Shown here piece by piece: positions 1-10,104 of a DNA stretch of 64,000 nucleotides. The stretch's first letter is position 1; each line of letters starts with the position of its first letter. The notes under the pieces are model-generated. The model was given only the letters and a program-made list of their open reading frames with translations. It had not been told where the DNA came from and searched no databases. Source of the stretch: Minisyncoccota bacterium (GTDB lineage Bacteria > Patescibacteriota > Minisyncoccia > Phycocordibacterales > BOKC01); the NCBI GenBank assembly GCA_030583745.1, contig CP129473.1, forward strand, positions 268,551 through 332,550, read 5' to 3'. The position numbers and the translations under genes were made by a program.

Positions 1-1
1 A

Positions 2-1492
2 GAAGCGGTCATCACCGTTCCGGCATATTTCAATGATGCCCAAAGAAAAGCCACCAAAGACGCCGGAGAAATTGCGGGTCTCACGGTTAAGAGAATTATA
101 AATGAGCCGACGGCGGCCGCCTTGGCTTACGGACTGAATAAAAAGAAAGACGAGAAAATCGCCGTCTTTGATTTTGGCGGCGGAACTTTTGATATTTCAA
201 TTCTTGAAGTTGGCGACAATGTAGTCGAGGTCAAATCAACCGATGGTGATTCTCACCTTGGTGGCAAAGATATAGACCAAAAAATAATAAATTATCTGGC
301 CGAAGAATTTAGAAAAGAGAGCGGGATAGATGTTAAAAACGACCCATTGGCTCTACAACGATTGGACGAAGCGGCCGAGAAAGCCAAAATTGAACTTTCA
401 AGCGCATTAGAAACTGAAGTAAATATTCCTTTTATAACTTCTGACTCAAGCGGGCCGAGACATTTACTGATCAAGATTTCCAGAGCAAAACTTGAAGAAT
501 TAGCGGAAGAATTTATTAACCGAGCGATGGAAATTACAAAAAGGGCAATGGATAATTCTCCATTCAAAGTTGGAGACATCGACGAAATTATCATGGTCGG
601 TGGACAGACCAGAATGCCAAAAATTTCAGAAAGAGTTAAAGAATTTTTTGGAAAAGAACCAAATAAATCAATCAATCCGGATGAGGTCGTGGCTCTCGGA
701 GCAGCAGTTCAGGGTGGAATCTTGATGGGTGATGTTAAAGATGTTTTGCTACTTGATGTTATTCCTCTTTCGCTCGGAATTGAGACCTTGGGTGGAGTAG
801 CAACAAAATTGATAGAAAAAAACACCACGATTCCGGCTAGCAAATCCCAGACTTTTTCTACCGCCGCCGACAACCAAACCAGTGTAGAGATTCACATTGT
901 TCAAGGCGAACGATCAATGGCCGCCGACAATAAAAGTTTGGGGCGGTTTATTTTAGACGGTGTCGCACCAGCTCCGAGAGGTATGCCACAAATCGAGGTA
1001 TCTTTTGACATCGATGCTAACGGAATTTTAAACGTCAAAGCCCGCGATAAAACCACCGGTAAAGAACAGTCCATACGCATCGAAGCCGGTTCTAGCTTGT
1101 CTAAAGATGAAATAGAAAGAATGAAAAAAGAAGCAGAAGCTCATGGCGAAGAAGACCAAAAGAAAAAAGATTTGGTTGAAGCCAAAAATTTGGCAGAACA
1201 ACTTGTTTATACAACAGAAAAAGCTCTAAAAGAAAACGAGTCAAAACTACCAGAAGACGTCAAAAATGAGATAAATGAGAAACTTGGCGCTCTAAAAAAA
1301 TCAAAAGAGACGAGTAATCTAGAAGAAATAAAATCAGCTACCGAATCTTTATCACAGACAATTCAAAAAATCGGCCAATATGCTTCAGCCGGAAATCAGC
1401 AGAATCCTGAACAAAATACCGACAAGGAAAATGTCAGAGATGCTGAAATAAAAGAAGAACAAAAAAAAGAGGACAAGGACGAGCAAAAGTAG
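2..1492 (+). CDS. dnaK: Molecular chaperone DnaK (Hsp70), 5'-truncated by window edge
   Basis: Frame is open from position 2: [27 protein letters not shown]... Typical Hsp70 substrate-binding and lid regions with an acidic C-terminus. Immediately followed by dnaJ. Confidence 0.9.
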   Translation, partial: EAVITVPAYFNDAQRKATKDAGEIAGLTVKRIINEPTAAALAYGLNKKKDEKIAVFDFGGGTFDISILEVGDNVVEVKSTDGDSHLGGKDIDQKIINYLAEEFRKESGIDVKNDPLALQRLDEAAEKAKIELSSALETEVNIPFITSDSSGPRHLLIKISRAKLEELAEEFINRAMEITKRAMDNSPFKVGDIDEIIMVGGQTRMPKISERVKEFFGKEPNKSINPDEVVALGAAVQGGILMGDVKDVLLLDVIPLSLGIETLGGVATKLIEKNTTIPASKSQTFSTAADNQTSVEIHIVQGERSMAADNKSLGRFILDGVAPAPRGMPQIEVSFDIDANGILNVKARDKTTGKEQSIRIEAGSSLSKDEIERMKKEAEAHGEEDQKKKDLVEAKNLAEQLVYTTEKALKENESKLPEDVKNEINEKLGALKKSKETSNLEEIKSATESLSQTIQKIGQYASAGNQQNPEQNTDKENVRDAEIKEEQKKEDKDEQK

Positions 1493-1526
1493 TAAAATAT
1501 AAATGCTCACTTAAAGACAATAAAGT

Positions 1527-2579
1527 ATGTCAAAAAACTATTACGAAATTCTCGGGATAGATAAAAAAGCCAGCAAAGAAGAAATAAAAAAAGCTTTTCG
1601 TAAACTTGCGCATCAGTATCATCCTGATAAAAAAAGCGGTAACGAAGAAAAATTTAAAGAAATAAACGAGGCCTATGGGGTCTTGTCGGACGACAAAAAA
1701 CGAGCGGAATACGATTCTTATGGTCGGGTCTTTAACAACGCCGGAGGATTTGAGAATGGACCTTTTGAATGGCAATCCGGCGGTTTTGAAAATGCTTTTG
1801 AAGGTTTTGATTTGGGAGACATATTTGGGGATTTATTCGGTGGTGGTCAAAAAAACAAACGCGGAAGAGATATTTCAATTGATATTGAAATCCCTTTCAA
1901 AGAAGCCGTGTTCGGAACAGTTCGAAAGGTATTAATCCAAAAAACTGCACTCTGTGATGGATGTCGTGGTAGTGGAGCAAAAAAGGGGACTGAATTTTCA
2001 ACCTGTAACTCTTGCAATGGTCAGGGAAAAATAAGAGAGATCAAAAAGTCCCTGATCGGCTCTTTTGCGATTGCTAGAACCTGCGACAAATGTTCCGGCA
2101 AAGGCAAAATTCCAAAAGAAAGATGTTCAGAGTGTATGGGTCTTGGTGTCATAAAAAAAGAACAAGAAATATCGATAGAAATTCCATCGGGGATAGAAGA
2201 TGGAGAAATGATACGACTTATCGGAGAAGGAGAGGCAGCGGCAAATGGACAAAGCGGAGACTTATACGTAAAAATCAGGGTTAGAAAAGATCCGCAATTC
2301 ACAAAAGATGGCAACAATCTGATCACAACACTAAACATAAAACTGACGGATGCCCTGCTTGGCGAAGAATATGAAATAGGAACACTAGATGGAGTCCTAA
2401 AGATTAAGATACCTGAAAATGTATCCTTCGGCGAAACCTTAAGAGTCAGAGGAAAGGGCGTACCAATCGGCAAAAATCAGCGCGGTGATTTGCACATAAA
2501 AATAAATATCATCTTGCCTAAAAAACTTAGTAAAAACGCCAAGAAAATAGTTGAGGAATTGAAAAAAGAGGGGATTTAA
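1527..2579 (+). CDS. dnaJ: Co-chaperone DnaJ
   Basis: N-terminal J domain (YYEILGI...HPDK), a G/F-rich linker, and four CxxCxGxG zinc-finger repeats. Confidence 0.9.
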   Translation: MSKNYYEILGIDKKASKEEIKKAFRKLAHQYHPDKKSGNEEKFKEINEAYGVLSDDKKRAEYDSYGRVFNNAGGFENGPFEWQSGGFENAFEGFDLGDIFGDLFGGGQKNKRGRDISIDIEIPFKEAVFGTVRKVLIQKTALCDGCRGSGAKKGTEFSTCNSCNGQGKIREIKKSLIGSFAIARTCDKCSGKGKIPKERCSECMGLGVIKKEQEISIEIPSGIEDGEMIRLIGEGEAAANGQSGDLYVKIRVRKDPQFTKDGNNLITTLNIKLTDALLGEEYEIGTLDGVLKIKIPENVSFGETLRVRGKGVPIGKNQRGDLHIKINIILPKKLSKNAKKIVEELKKEGI

Positions 2580-2592
2580 AAACCTACAAAAA

Positions 2593-3093
2593 ATGAGTTT
2601 AATTTCTTCATATACCCCAGTGTTGGGATCAGAGTTGGCAGTTCTTTCTATAATTCTAATCATCTGTCTTGCTGTATCTTTCTCTTTGGGGAAAGGTAAG
2701 ATTATAGCTTTGATTTTATCTTTTTATCCGGCAGTATTTTTCTACAGCCAATTTCCAATCATAGAAAAACTAGTTTTTCTAAAAGAAAACCAATGGCAGA
2801 TTTTTTTCAACCGCCTGATTTTGTTCGCTATATTTTTTATATTAACCTTCCTCGTAATAAGTATAATTGCCGGTGGTAGGGTCTTATATACTGATAGAAG
2901 CCAGAAGTTGAAAATTTTTATTTTATCAATTTGTGTCTTTGTTTTAACTCTTCTGACAATCCACCAGATAATACCGCTTCCAGAAGCCCTGAAATATATG
3001 CCTAAATCCGGAGATTTTTTCGGTTCGGAGAAATATTTTTTCTGGCTAATCCTCTCTCCACTTGCCATCATCTTGCTTTTTATAAGAAAATGA
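2593..3093 (+). CDS. Hypothetical integral membrane protein
   Basis: 166-aa ORF with several hydrophobic segments. No recognisable motif. Confidence 0.4.
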   Translation: MSLISSYTPVLGSELAVLSIILIICLAVSFSLGKGKIIALILSFYPAVFFYSQFPIIEKLVFLKENQWQIFFNRLILFAIFFILTFLVISIIAGGRVLYTDRSQKLKIFILSICVFVLTLLTIHQIIPLPEALKYMPKSGDFFGSEKYFFWLILSPLAIILLFIRK

Positions 3094-3137
3094 ATGATGC
3101 TTCCAAAAATACAAGTCTTTTGATAGCATTTTAACCA

Positions 3138-4142
3138 ATGACTGAAAAAACAATTGTTTTAACCGGCGACAGACCAACCGGCCGGCTTCATCTCGGCCAC
3201 CTTGCCGGCTCAATTAAAAAAAGGGTGGAACTCCAGGAGCAATCCGAAAAGAATTTTTATCTTATCGCCGACCTTCAAGCTCTGACCGATAACGCCGAAA
3301 ATCCGGAAAAAGTAAAAGAGAGTGTTGTGGAGGTTGCGCTCGACAATTTGGCGTCAGGACTTGATCCAAAGAAAACCACTTTTTTAATTCAATCAAAAAT
3401 TCCTGAAATTTCTGAACTGACCATCCTTTTTCTAAACCTTGTTACTCTCGCCAGATTAAAACGCAACCCAACCGTAAAAGACGAAATGAAGCACAAGGGT
3501 TACGAAGAAAACGTGCCGGCAGGATTTTTGACTTATCCCGTAAGCCAAGCTGCTGATATTCTGTTCTGCAAAGCAAACTTAATTCCAGTCGGCGAAGACC
3601 AGCTACCGGTCATCGAGCAAGCAAACGAGATTGTGGATAAATTTAATTCTCTCTATGGTCAGACATTCCAAAAAATCAAAACTGTAACTTCTGAAACTCC
3701 GCGACTTATGGGAATAGACGGGAGAAATAAAGCCAGTAAATCTTTGAATAATGCCATTTTCTTGTCAGATCCGACAGATATCGTTGAAAAAAAAGTAATG
3801 GCAATGTTCACCGATCCCAAACATTTAAGAGCAGAGGATCCCGGCACAATTGAGGGAAATGTAGTATTCCAATACTTAGACGCTTTTGATCCGGAAAAAT
3901 CAGAATTGGAAAAAATCAAAAGAGATTATGAGCAGGGCGGACTTGGGGATGTAATTATCAAAAAACACCTTATCGAAGTTCTAGAGAAAGTCTTAGAACC
4001 AATAAGAAAAAAGCGTGACGAGCTTTCAAAAGATAAGTCAGCTATAATGAAAATCTTAAAAGATGGGACTGGTAGGGCGAGGGAAGAAGCAGCAGAGACT
4101 ATGTCCGAGGTTAGGGCCGCAATGAAAATAAATTATTTTTAA
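3138..4142 (+). CDS. trpS: Tryptophanyl-tRNA synthetase
   Basis: Class I aaRS with HIGH-type motif (TGRLHLGH) and KMSKS-type motif (KASKS). Size of 334 aa is typical of TrpRS. Confidence 0.75.
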   Translation: MTEKTIVLTGDRPTGRLHLGHLAGSIKKRVELQEQSEKNFYLIADLQALTDNAENPEKVKESVVEVALDNLASGLDPKKTTFLIQSKIPEISELTILFLNLVTLARLKRNPTVKDEMKHKGYEENVPAGFLTYPVSQAADILFCKANLIPVGEDQLPVIEQANEIVDKFNSLYGQTFQKIKTVTSETPRLMGIDGRNKASKSLNNAIFLSDPTDIVEKKVMAMFTDPKHLRAEDPGTIEGNVVFQYLDAFDPEKSELEKIKRDYEQGGLGDVIIKKHLIEVLEKVLEPIRKKRDELSKDKSAIMKILKDGTGRAREEAAETMSEVRAAMKINYF

Positions 4143-4146
4143 AAAA

Positions 4147-5529
4147 ATGGAGAGAATAAAAATTTCATCATTAAAAGAAAAAGTTGGACACGAAGTTAAG
4201 GTTTTAGGATGGATAAACGCAAGACGCGACCACGGCAAACTTATTTTTTTTGATTTGCGAGACGAAAGTGGTAAGGTCCAAATGGTTTCGCTCCCTCAAA
4301 ATCAAGACACTCACAAATTAGCTGACAGTTTAAGAGATGAGTGGGTGGTTGAAATAAAAGGCAAAGCCAACAAGCGTCCGGAAAAGATGGTTAATTCGGA
4401 AGAGGAATTGGGCCATATAGAAATAGAAATTTCAGAAATAAAAGTCTTGAATGAAGCTCAAACTCCACCCTTTAATCTTCAAGACAGCGGGTATGATATC
4501 AATGAAGAGATAAGAATGAAGTACCGATATTTGGATTTGAGAAGGCCTAGAATGCAGAAAAACATAAGAAATCGACACAAGATCATCAAATTTTTTAGAG
4601 ACTATTTAGATACAGAAGGTTTTGTTGAAGTAGAAACTCCAATCCTTACAAAATCAACCCCCGAAGGAGCGAGAGATTATATAGTGCCATCCAGAACCTA
4701 CCCGGGGAAATTTTACGCTCTGCCACAATCACCCCAGCAGTACAAACAATTATTGATGGCCTCGGGGATAGAAAAATATTTTCAGGTTGCAAAGTGCATG
4801 AGAGATGAAGACACCAGAGGCGACCGCCAAGCCGAATTTACCCAACTTGATATTGAGATGTCTTTCGTTGATCAAGAGAAAATTCTAGACTTGGTAGAAA
4901 ATATGTTTAGCAAAATGGTAAATAAGATCTACCCGGAGAAGACTTTTACTGAAAGTCCGTGGCCAAGAATAAACTATGATGAAGCCATGGAAAAATATAA
5001 TTCTGATAAGCCAGACATACGAAAAAACAAGAATGATCCAAACGAACTTGGTTTTGTCTGGGTATTAAATTTTCCACTTTTTGAAAAAGATTTGGAAAAT
5101 GGTCACTTCGCCCCGAGCCACCACATGTTTACCGCTCCCAAAGAAGAAGATCTGCAAAAGCTGGAAAATGATCCAGCAGATGCTAGATCTTACCAGCACG
5201 ATTTGGCGCTAAACGGCTTTGAGGTTGCGGGAGGTAGTATCCGTATTCATGACCCCAAAATTCAGGAAAAAATATTTAATCTCATCGGTTTTGACGAGAA
5301 ACAGAAAAAATATTTTGAACACATGTTAGACGCTTTCACGTTTGGCATACCACCTCATGGTGGCATAGCATCAGGACTCGACCGACTCATTGCTGTCTTG
5401 GAAAACGAATCAAGTATTCGGGAAGTCATCGCTTTTCCTAAAACAGGAGAGGGAAGAGACCTTACTATGGGAGCTCCTTCGGAAATCGAACAAAATCAGC
5501 TGAAAGACTTAAAAATCAAGACGGGATAA
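4147..5529 (+). CDS. aspS: Aspartyl-tRNA synthetase, short form without GAD insertion
   Basis: N-terminal OB anticodon-binding fold. Class II motif 2 is FQVAKCMRDEDTRGDRQAEFTQLDIEMSF. Motif 3 region is GGSIRIHD. Confidence 0.85.
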   Translation: MERIKISSLKEKVGHEVKVLGWINARRDHGKLIFFDLRDESGKVQMVSLPQNQDTHKLADSLRDEWVVEIKGKANKRPEKMVNSEEELGHIEIEISEIKVLNEAQTPPFNLQDSGYDINEEIRMKYRYLDLRRPRMQKNIRNRHKIIKFFRDYLDTEGFVEVETPILTKSTPEGARDYIVPSRTYPGKFYALPQSPQQYKQLLMASGIEKYFQVAKCMRDEDTRGDRQAEFTQLDIEMSFVDQEKILDLVENMFSKMVNKIYPEKTFTESPWPRINYDEAMEKYNSDKPDIRKNKNDPNELGFVWVLNFPLFEKDLENGHFAPSHHMFTAPKEEDLQKLENDPADARSYQHDLALNGFEVAGGSIRIHDPKIQEKIFNLIGFDEKQKKYFEHMLDAFTFGIPPHGGIASGLDRLIAVLENESSIREVIAFPKTGEGRDLTMGAPSEIEQNQLKDLKIKTG

Positions 5530-5568
5530 TAAAAGGTATTAGACCTTTTGTTGGCTATCCTCGGGTCG

Positions 5569-5596
5569 GAAATGAGAAAGATTACCTTCTCATTTC
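5569..5596 (+). terminator. Stem-loop downstream of aspS (GAAATGAGAA-agattacc-TTCTCATTTC)
   Basis: Perfect 10-bp inverted repeat seen in the sequence. The 3' tail is only weakly T-rich. Confidence 0.35.
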
Positions 5597-5637
5597 TCTC
5601 GCTCTACGTCGGCAATAAATACCAAAAAGCGTCATAA

Positions 5638-6384
5638 TTGGAAAAAACCCAAGAAATAAGGTATTATTCCACAATGATTGCGACCGGATTTGAAATAAAA
5701 ACCGAAAATTTTGAAGGACCTTTGGACTTACTCTTACATCTTATCGAAAAAAGAAAGCTCTACATAAATGACATTGCTCTGTCAAAAGTAACAGATGATT
5801 TTATCGATTATGTTCAAAAAAAAGAAGGTTTTCCGATAGACGAAATTGCTCAGTTTGTCGTTGTTGCAGCTACTTTGCTTTTAATAAAATCCAGATCACT
5901 TCTTCCTCTTCTTCAATTAACAGAAGAAGAGGAAGAAAGTATAGAAGACTTGGAACAAAGACTTAAGGAATATCAAAAATTCAAAGAATTAAGTCGGCAT
6001 GTAAAAAACCGATTTTCCAAGAAAATAATCTGGGGACGCGAAGGACGAATTTTTGAACCAATTTTTTCCCCGTCTGCAGAAATTAGCACCAAATCAATTT
6101 TAGAGGCCGTGAAGTGGATAATCACAGAATTCCCGAAACCGGAAAACCTACCAAAGGCTGTAGTAAAAAAAGTTGTCAGTCTGGAAGAAACTATAGAAAA
6201 ACTACTGGAGAGAATTACTGAAAGTTTCAAGATGAGCTTCCAAGAATTCTCCGGAAAAGGAGGAGGGCGGGAAAACATAATCATCAGTTTTTTGGCAGTC
6301 TTAGAATTAGTTAAAAGAGGATCAGTTTTTGCCGAGCAACAAAACCGGTATGGAGATATTGAAATACAAAAAGGCACTAATTAA
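5638..6384 (+). CDS. scpA: Segregation and condensation protein A
   Basis: ScpA signature FEGPLDLLLHLI near the N-terminus. Located upstream of scpB. Confidence 0.8.
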   Translation: MEKTQEIRYYSTMIATGFEIKTENFEGPLDLLLHLIEKRKLYINDIALSKVTDDFIDYVQKKEGFPIDEIAQFVVVAATLLLIKSRSLLPLLQLTEEEEESIEDLEQRLKEYQKFKELSRHVKNRFSKKIIWGREGRIFEPIFSPSAEISTKSILEAVKWIITEFPKPENLPKAVVKKVVSLEETIEKLLERITESFKMSFQEFSGKGGGRENIIISFLAVLELVKRGSVFAEQQNRYGDIEIQKGTN

Positions 6385-6394
6385 TATTTAAAAC

Positions 6395-6937
6395 ATGGAC
6401 TTAGACAAGAAAATAGAAGCTGTTTTGTTTTATCAAGCCGAACCTTTTTCAATCAAAAAGCTGGCGGAGATTTTAAAACAAGACGAATCATCCATAAAAA
6501 AAAGTCTGCAAATTTTGGAAGAAAATTTGAATGAGCGGGGAATTGTCCTTGTCCAAAACGGCGACAAAGTAATGCTTGGCACAAATCCAGAACTTTCTGA
6601 CCTCATAGCTGAATTAAACAAAGGTGAATTAAACAAAGAGCTCGGCAAGGCAGGGCTTGAAACTTTATCTATCATCTTATATCGCGGACCAATAAGTAAA
6701 AAAGAAATTGATTATATTCGTGGCGTTAATTCCGGATACATTCTAAGAAACCTTCTAATACGGGGTTTGATTGAAAAGACTGAACAAAAATTGAGAAGCG
6801 CATATTACCGCCCAACTCTAGATTTATTAGCTCATATGGGCGTAAAAAAGATTGAAGAATTACCGGAATTTGAAAACATCAAAACAGAATTAGAGTCTCT
6901 AAAAGTCGAAGAAAATAAAGAGACCGAATCAGAATAA
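6395..6937 (+). CDS. scpB: Segregation and condensation protein B
   Basis: 180 aa with winged-helix ScpB-like sequence (EAVLFYQAEPFSIKKLAEIL). Adjacent to scpA. Confidence 0.8.
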   Translation: MDLDKKIEAVLFYQAEPFSIKKLAEILKQDESSIKKSLQILEENLNERGIVLVQNGDKVMLGTNPELSDLIAELNKGELNKELGKAGLETLSIILYRGPISKKEIDYIRGVNSGYILRNLLIRGLIEKTEQKLRSAYYRPTLDLLAHMGVKKIEELPEFENIKTELESLKVEENKETESE

Positions 6938-6938
6938 A

Positions 6939-7937
6939 ATGTCACCCGAAAAAAAATTTTTTAATATGAGAAACGTTTTTGCTGGAGTAGTTTTAATTTT
7001 ACTTTTAATTGCTTCTTTTTTGACACCCATCACGCCATATGCATCGCAAAAAAATAATACTAACAACACTCAAGAATATAATGACAATAGTAATCAAGAA
7101 CTGATTTCGAAAAACCCGTTTGAAGAGATAACAATCGTGGGAAAATCCGCTTTTGTCTGGGACGTGGTAAAACAAAAACCATTATTTGAAAAAGACTCTG
7201 ACAAAGTTATGCCTTTGGCCTCAATCGCCAAAACGCTGTCGGCTGTTGTTTCTTTAGAGCTGGCGCCACAAAACACCGAAATCAGAATTGAGAAAGAATT
7301 TTTGGAAGCTGAGGGAGATTCCGGACTTTATGTGAATGAGAGATGGGCATTAAAAGACCTAATTGATTTCAGCTTGGTCGTCTCATCAAATGATGGATTT
7401 CGCGCTATAGCTTCGGTTATCGGCGCGATAACATTTGGCACAGATGATTTTTATTTCGGAAGGCAAAAATTCATAGAGAAAGTAAATCAAAAAGCCAAGA
7501 ATATTGGTCTTGAAAAAACAGTAATTCACGACGAAGCCGGACTTGACCAAAATGAAAACCAGAGTGGGGCCTATAGTACCGCAAAAGAAACCGCTTTGCT
7601 CTTTGAATATATTTTAAAAAACAAGCCAGAAATACTAGAGGCGACCACAAAAAAAGAAACCAGTTTCTTCTCACTCAACCAAATCAATCACACCGCCAGC
7701 AACACAAACCTTATAGTCAAAAACGTTCCCGGGATAATAGGAGCAAAGACGGGTTTTACCGACCTTGCGGGTGGCAACCTAGCGACCGTCTTTGATGCCG
7801 GACTTGGTCGACCAATAATAATCGTTGTTCTCAACTCCACCATAAACGAACGTTTTGTTGATAGTGAGAAATTGATTGAAGCTTCGAGAAGCTTTATTAT
7901 TGATGAAAAGAAAAACGCAAAATATTTAAAAATATGA
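6939..7937 (+). CDS. D-alanyl-D-alanine carboxypeptidase (serine-type, PBP5/6 family)
   Basis: N-terminal signal/anchor. Contains SxxK (ASIAK), SxN (SSND) and KTG (KTGFT) motifs. Confidence 0.8.
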   Translation: MSPEKKFFNMRNVFAGVVLILLLIASFLTPITPYASQKNNTNNTQEYNDNSNQELISKNPFEEITIVGKSAFVWDVVKQKPLFEKDSDKVMPLASIAKTLSAVVSLELAPQNTEIRIEKEFLEAEGDSGLYVNERWALKDLIDFSLVVSSNDGFRAIASVIGAITFGTDDFYFGRQKFIEKVNQKAKNIGLEKTVIHDEAGLDQNENQSGAYSTAKETALLFEYILKNKPEILEATTKKETSFFSLNQINHTASNTNLIVKNVPGIIGAKTGFTDLAGGNLATVFDAGLGRPIIIVVLNSTINERFVDSEKLIEASRSFIIDEKKNAKYLKI

Positions 7938-9004
7938 TTATAGACACGGTAAAAGTCATCGCGCCAGCAATTATCGCCTTCTCTATAGGAATAGGTATAA
8001 CACCTTTTCTGACCGAGTATCTCTACAAAAACAAGATGTGGAAAAAAAGAGCCGGTAAGATAGCGATGGACGGCAAAGAGGCCGAAGTCTTTAATTCACT
8101 GCACAAAGAAAAAGAAGTTGGTACACCGAGAATGGGCGGAGTAGTAATCTGGCTAAGCGCAACCTTAACAATTGTCGGTATCTGGATAATAGCCAAACTA
8201 GCCCCAAGCGATCTAACTTCAAAGATAGACTTTTTGAGCAGAAATCAAACATGGATTCCTTTTTTCACCTTAATAATCGGCTCGCTGATCGGCTTATTTG
8301 ATGATTTTTTGGAAGTCCAAAATTCTTCTTCAAACAATAACGGTGGATTATCGCTGAAAAAAAGACTGCTAGCGGTAATTATTTTAGGACTGCTGGCTGG
8401 GTCTTGGTTTTACTTTAAACTTGACATCACTGGGATCAACCTGCCAGTTTTCGGGATTTTAAATCTGGGGTGGCTATTTGTGCCTTTTTTCGCTTTGGTA
8501 ACTTTAGTGATTTATTCTGGCGGAATAATAGACGGCATAGACGGCTTAGCCGGAGGAGTTTTCGCCATAATGTTCTCTGCTTATGCCACCATCGCTTTCT
8601 TTTTGGAACAGATAAATTTGGCGGCTTTTTGTGCTATGCTCTCCGGCGCAATTTTAGCTTTTCTTTGGTTTAACATTCCGCCAGCTAGATTTTATATGTC
8701 TGAAACCGGAACAATGGGCTTAACCCTGACTTTATCAGTTGTAGCTTTTATGACCGACACACTTGGCAATGGTTATGGAATTCTTATCCTGCCAATTGTC
8801 GCTTTTCCACTTATTGCCACTTCTTTTTCTAACATTATCCAAATAGCATCAAAAAAATTCCGTGGCAAAAAAATATTTCTAGTAGCACCAATACACCATC
8901 ATTTTGAAGCACTGGGCTGGCCGGCATATAAAGTAACCATGAGATTTTGGGTTATCAGTGTTATCTTTGCCTTAATTGGAGTAATACTAGCTCTTATATG
9001 GTAA
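7934..9004 (+). CDS. mraY: Phospho-N-acetylmuramoyl-pentapeptide transferase MraY
   Basis: Polytopic membrane protein carrying the conserved DDFLEV and IDGIDGLAGG motifs. Confidence 0.9.
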   Translation: MIIDTVKVIAPAIIAFSIGIGITPFLTEYLYKNKMWKKRAGKIAMDGKEAEVFNSLHKEKEVGTPRMGGVVIWLSATLTIVGIWIIAKLAPSDLTSKIDFLSRNQTWIPFFTLIIGSLIGLFDDFLEVQNSSSNNNGGLSLKKRLLAVIILGLLAGSWFYFKLDITGINLPVFGILNLGWLFVPFFALVTLVIYSGGIIDGIDGLAGGVFAIMFSAYATIAFFLEQINLAAFCAMLSGAILAFLWFNIPPARFYMSETGTMGLTLTLSVVAFMTDTLGNGYGILILPIVAFPLIATSFSNIIQIASKKFRGKKIFLVAPIHHHFEALGWPAYKVTMRFWVISVIFALIGVILALIW

Positions 9005-10104
9005 AAAAACAGAAAATAGATAGGGTTTTTTTTCTAACAGTCATCGCTTTGTTAGTCTGTGGTTTCTTTGTCTTTACTTCGGCATCTTTGGGATTACTAG
9101 CGAAAGACAAAGAGAATTTCAGCGACATAGCTTTTAACCAAACATTTTTTGGTCTCTTCTTGGGAACGATTGCCATGCTGTCTTTATCAAAAGTCCACTA
9201 CCGAAGGTGGAGAAAGTTTGCCCTCTATATTTTTTTATTTTCGATTCTTACAGCAATAGGGGTTTTTATTCCCGGTTTGGGATTTGAGCATGGTGGGGCA
9301 AGAAGATGGATTTCAATTGCCGGACTATCTTTCCAACCAGCGGAATTTTTGAAATTGGGTTTTGTCATCTATCTTGCAACTTGGCTTTCCGGTGTAAAAG
9401 AAAAAATTGGAAATATAAAATTTGGCCTCTTACCTTTTCTGTTGATAGTAGCGATTATCGCCAGTCTTTTGTTAATGCAACCGGACATTGGAACTTTTCT
9501 AGTAATCGCTACTGCCGGATTTGCAATTTTCTTGTCAGCCGGTGCTAGGTGGCGAGACATCATAATAGTCTTAATTATCGGAATTTTAGGGATAATATCA
9601 ATCGCCATTCTTAAACCATATGCCGCCGAAAGAATCGTAACTTTTCTGGATCCTTCGCGTGATTATCACAGGGCTAGTTATCAACTTCAACAGTCACTAA
9701 TTGCTATTGGCGCTGGCGGCATGTTTGGTAGAGGATTCGGACAAAGCATCCAAAAATTCGGCTTCTTGCCGGAGCCGGTCGGCGATTCCGTTTTTTCAGT
9801 CGCAGCCGAAGAGTTTGGTTTTATCGGTGGTCTTTTTCTGATCTCACTCTTTGTATTTTTTGCTTTTCGCGGTCTTAAAATTGCAAGATTTTCGCCAGAC
9901 CTATTTGGGTCTCTTCTCACTACCGGCATAATAATGTTGATAATCACCCAATCTTTCTTTAATATTGCTTCCATGACCGGTGTTGTACCGATGTCCGGAT
10001 TACCACTTTTGTTTGTTAGCCACGGCGGGACAGCATTGTTTTTTACTTTAGCTTCTATAGGTATAATTCTTAATATATCAAAGTATAAGACATATAAAAA
10101 ATGA
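8998..10104 (+). CDS. ftsW: Peptidoglycan glycosyltransferase FtsW/RodA (SEDS family)
   Basis: SEDS motifs (QPDIGT, GAGGMFGRGFGQS). Start chosen at the ATG that overlaps the mraY stop (ATGG overlap). Confidence 0.8.
   Translation: MVKKQKIDRVFFLTVIALLVCGFFVFTSASLGLLAKDKENFSDIAFNQTFFGLFLGTIAMLSLSKVHYRRWRKFALYIFLFSILTAIGVFIPGLGFEHGGARRWISIAGLSFQPAEFLKLGFVIYLATWLSGVKEKIGNIKFGLLPFLLIVAIIASLLLMQPDIGTFLVIATAGFAIFLSAGARWRDIIIVLIIGILGIISIAILKPYAAERIVTFLDPSRDYHRASYQLQQSLIAIGAGGMFGRGFGQSIQKFGFLPEPVGDSVFSVAAEEFGFIGGLFLISLFVFFAFRGLKIARFSPDLFGSLLTTGIIMLIITQSFFNIASMTGVVPMSGLPLLFVSHGGTALFFTLASIGIILNISKYKTYKK

Noticed and set aside
292-675. Antisense ORFs inside dnaK, dnaJ, trpS, dnaB, infB, clpB, gyrA, rpsA and others (for example 292-675-, 2021-2473-, 23433-23810-, 45548-46429-, 41133-41375+, 57475-57804-, 61428-61934-)
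   Set aside because: They lie fully inside strongly supported housekeeping genes on the opposite strand, have low-complexity translations and no motifs. They are typical frame-shadow ORFs.
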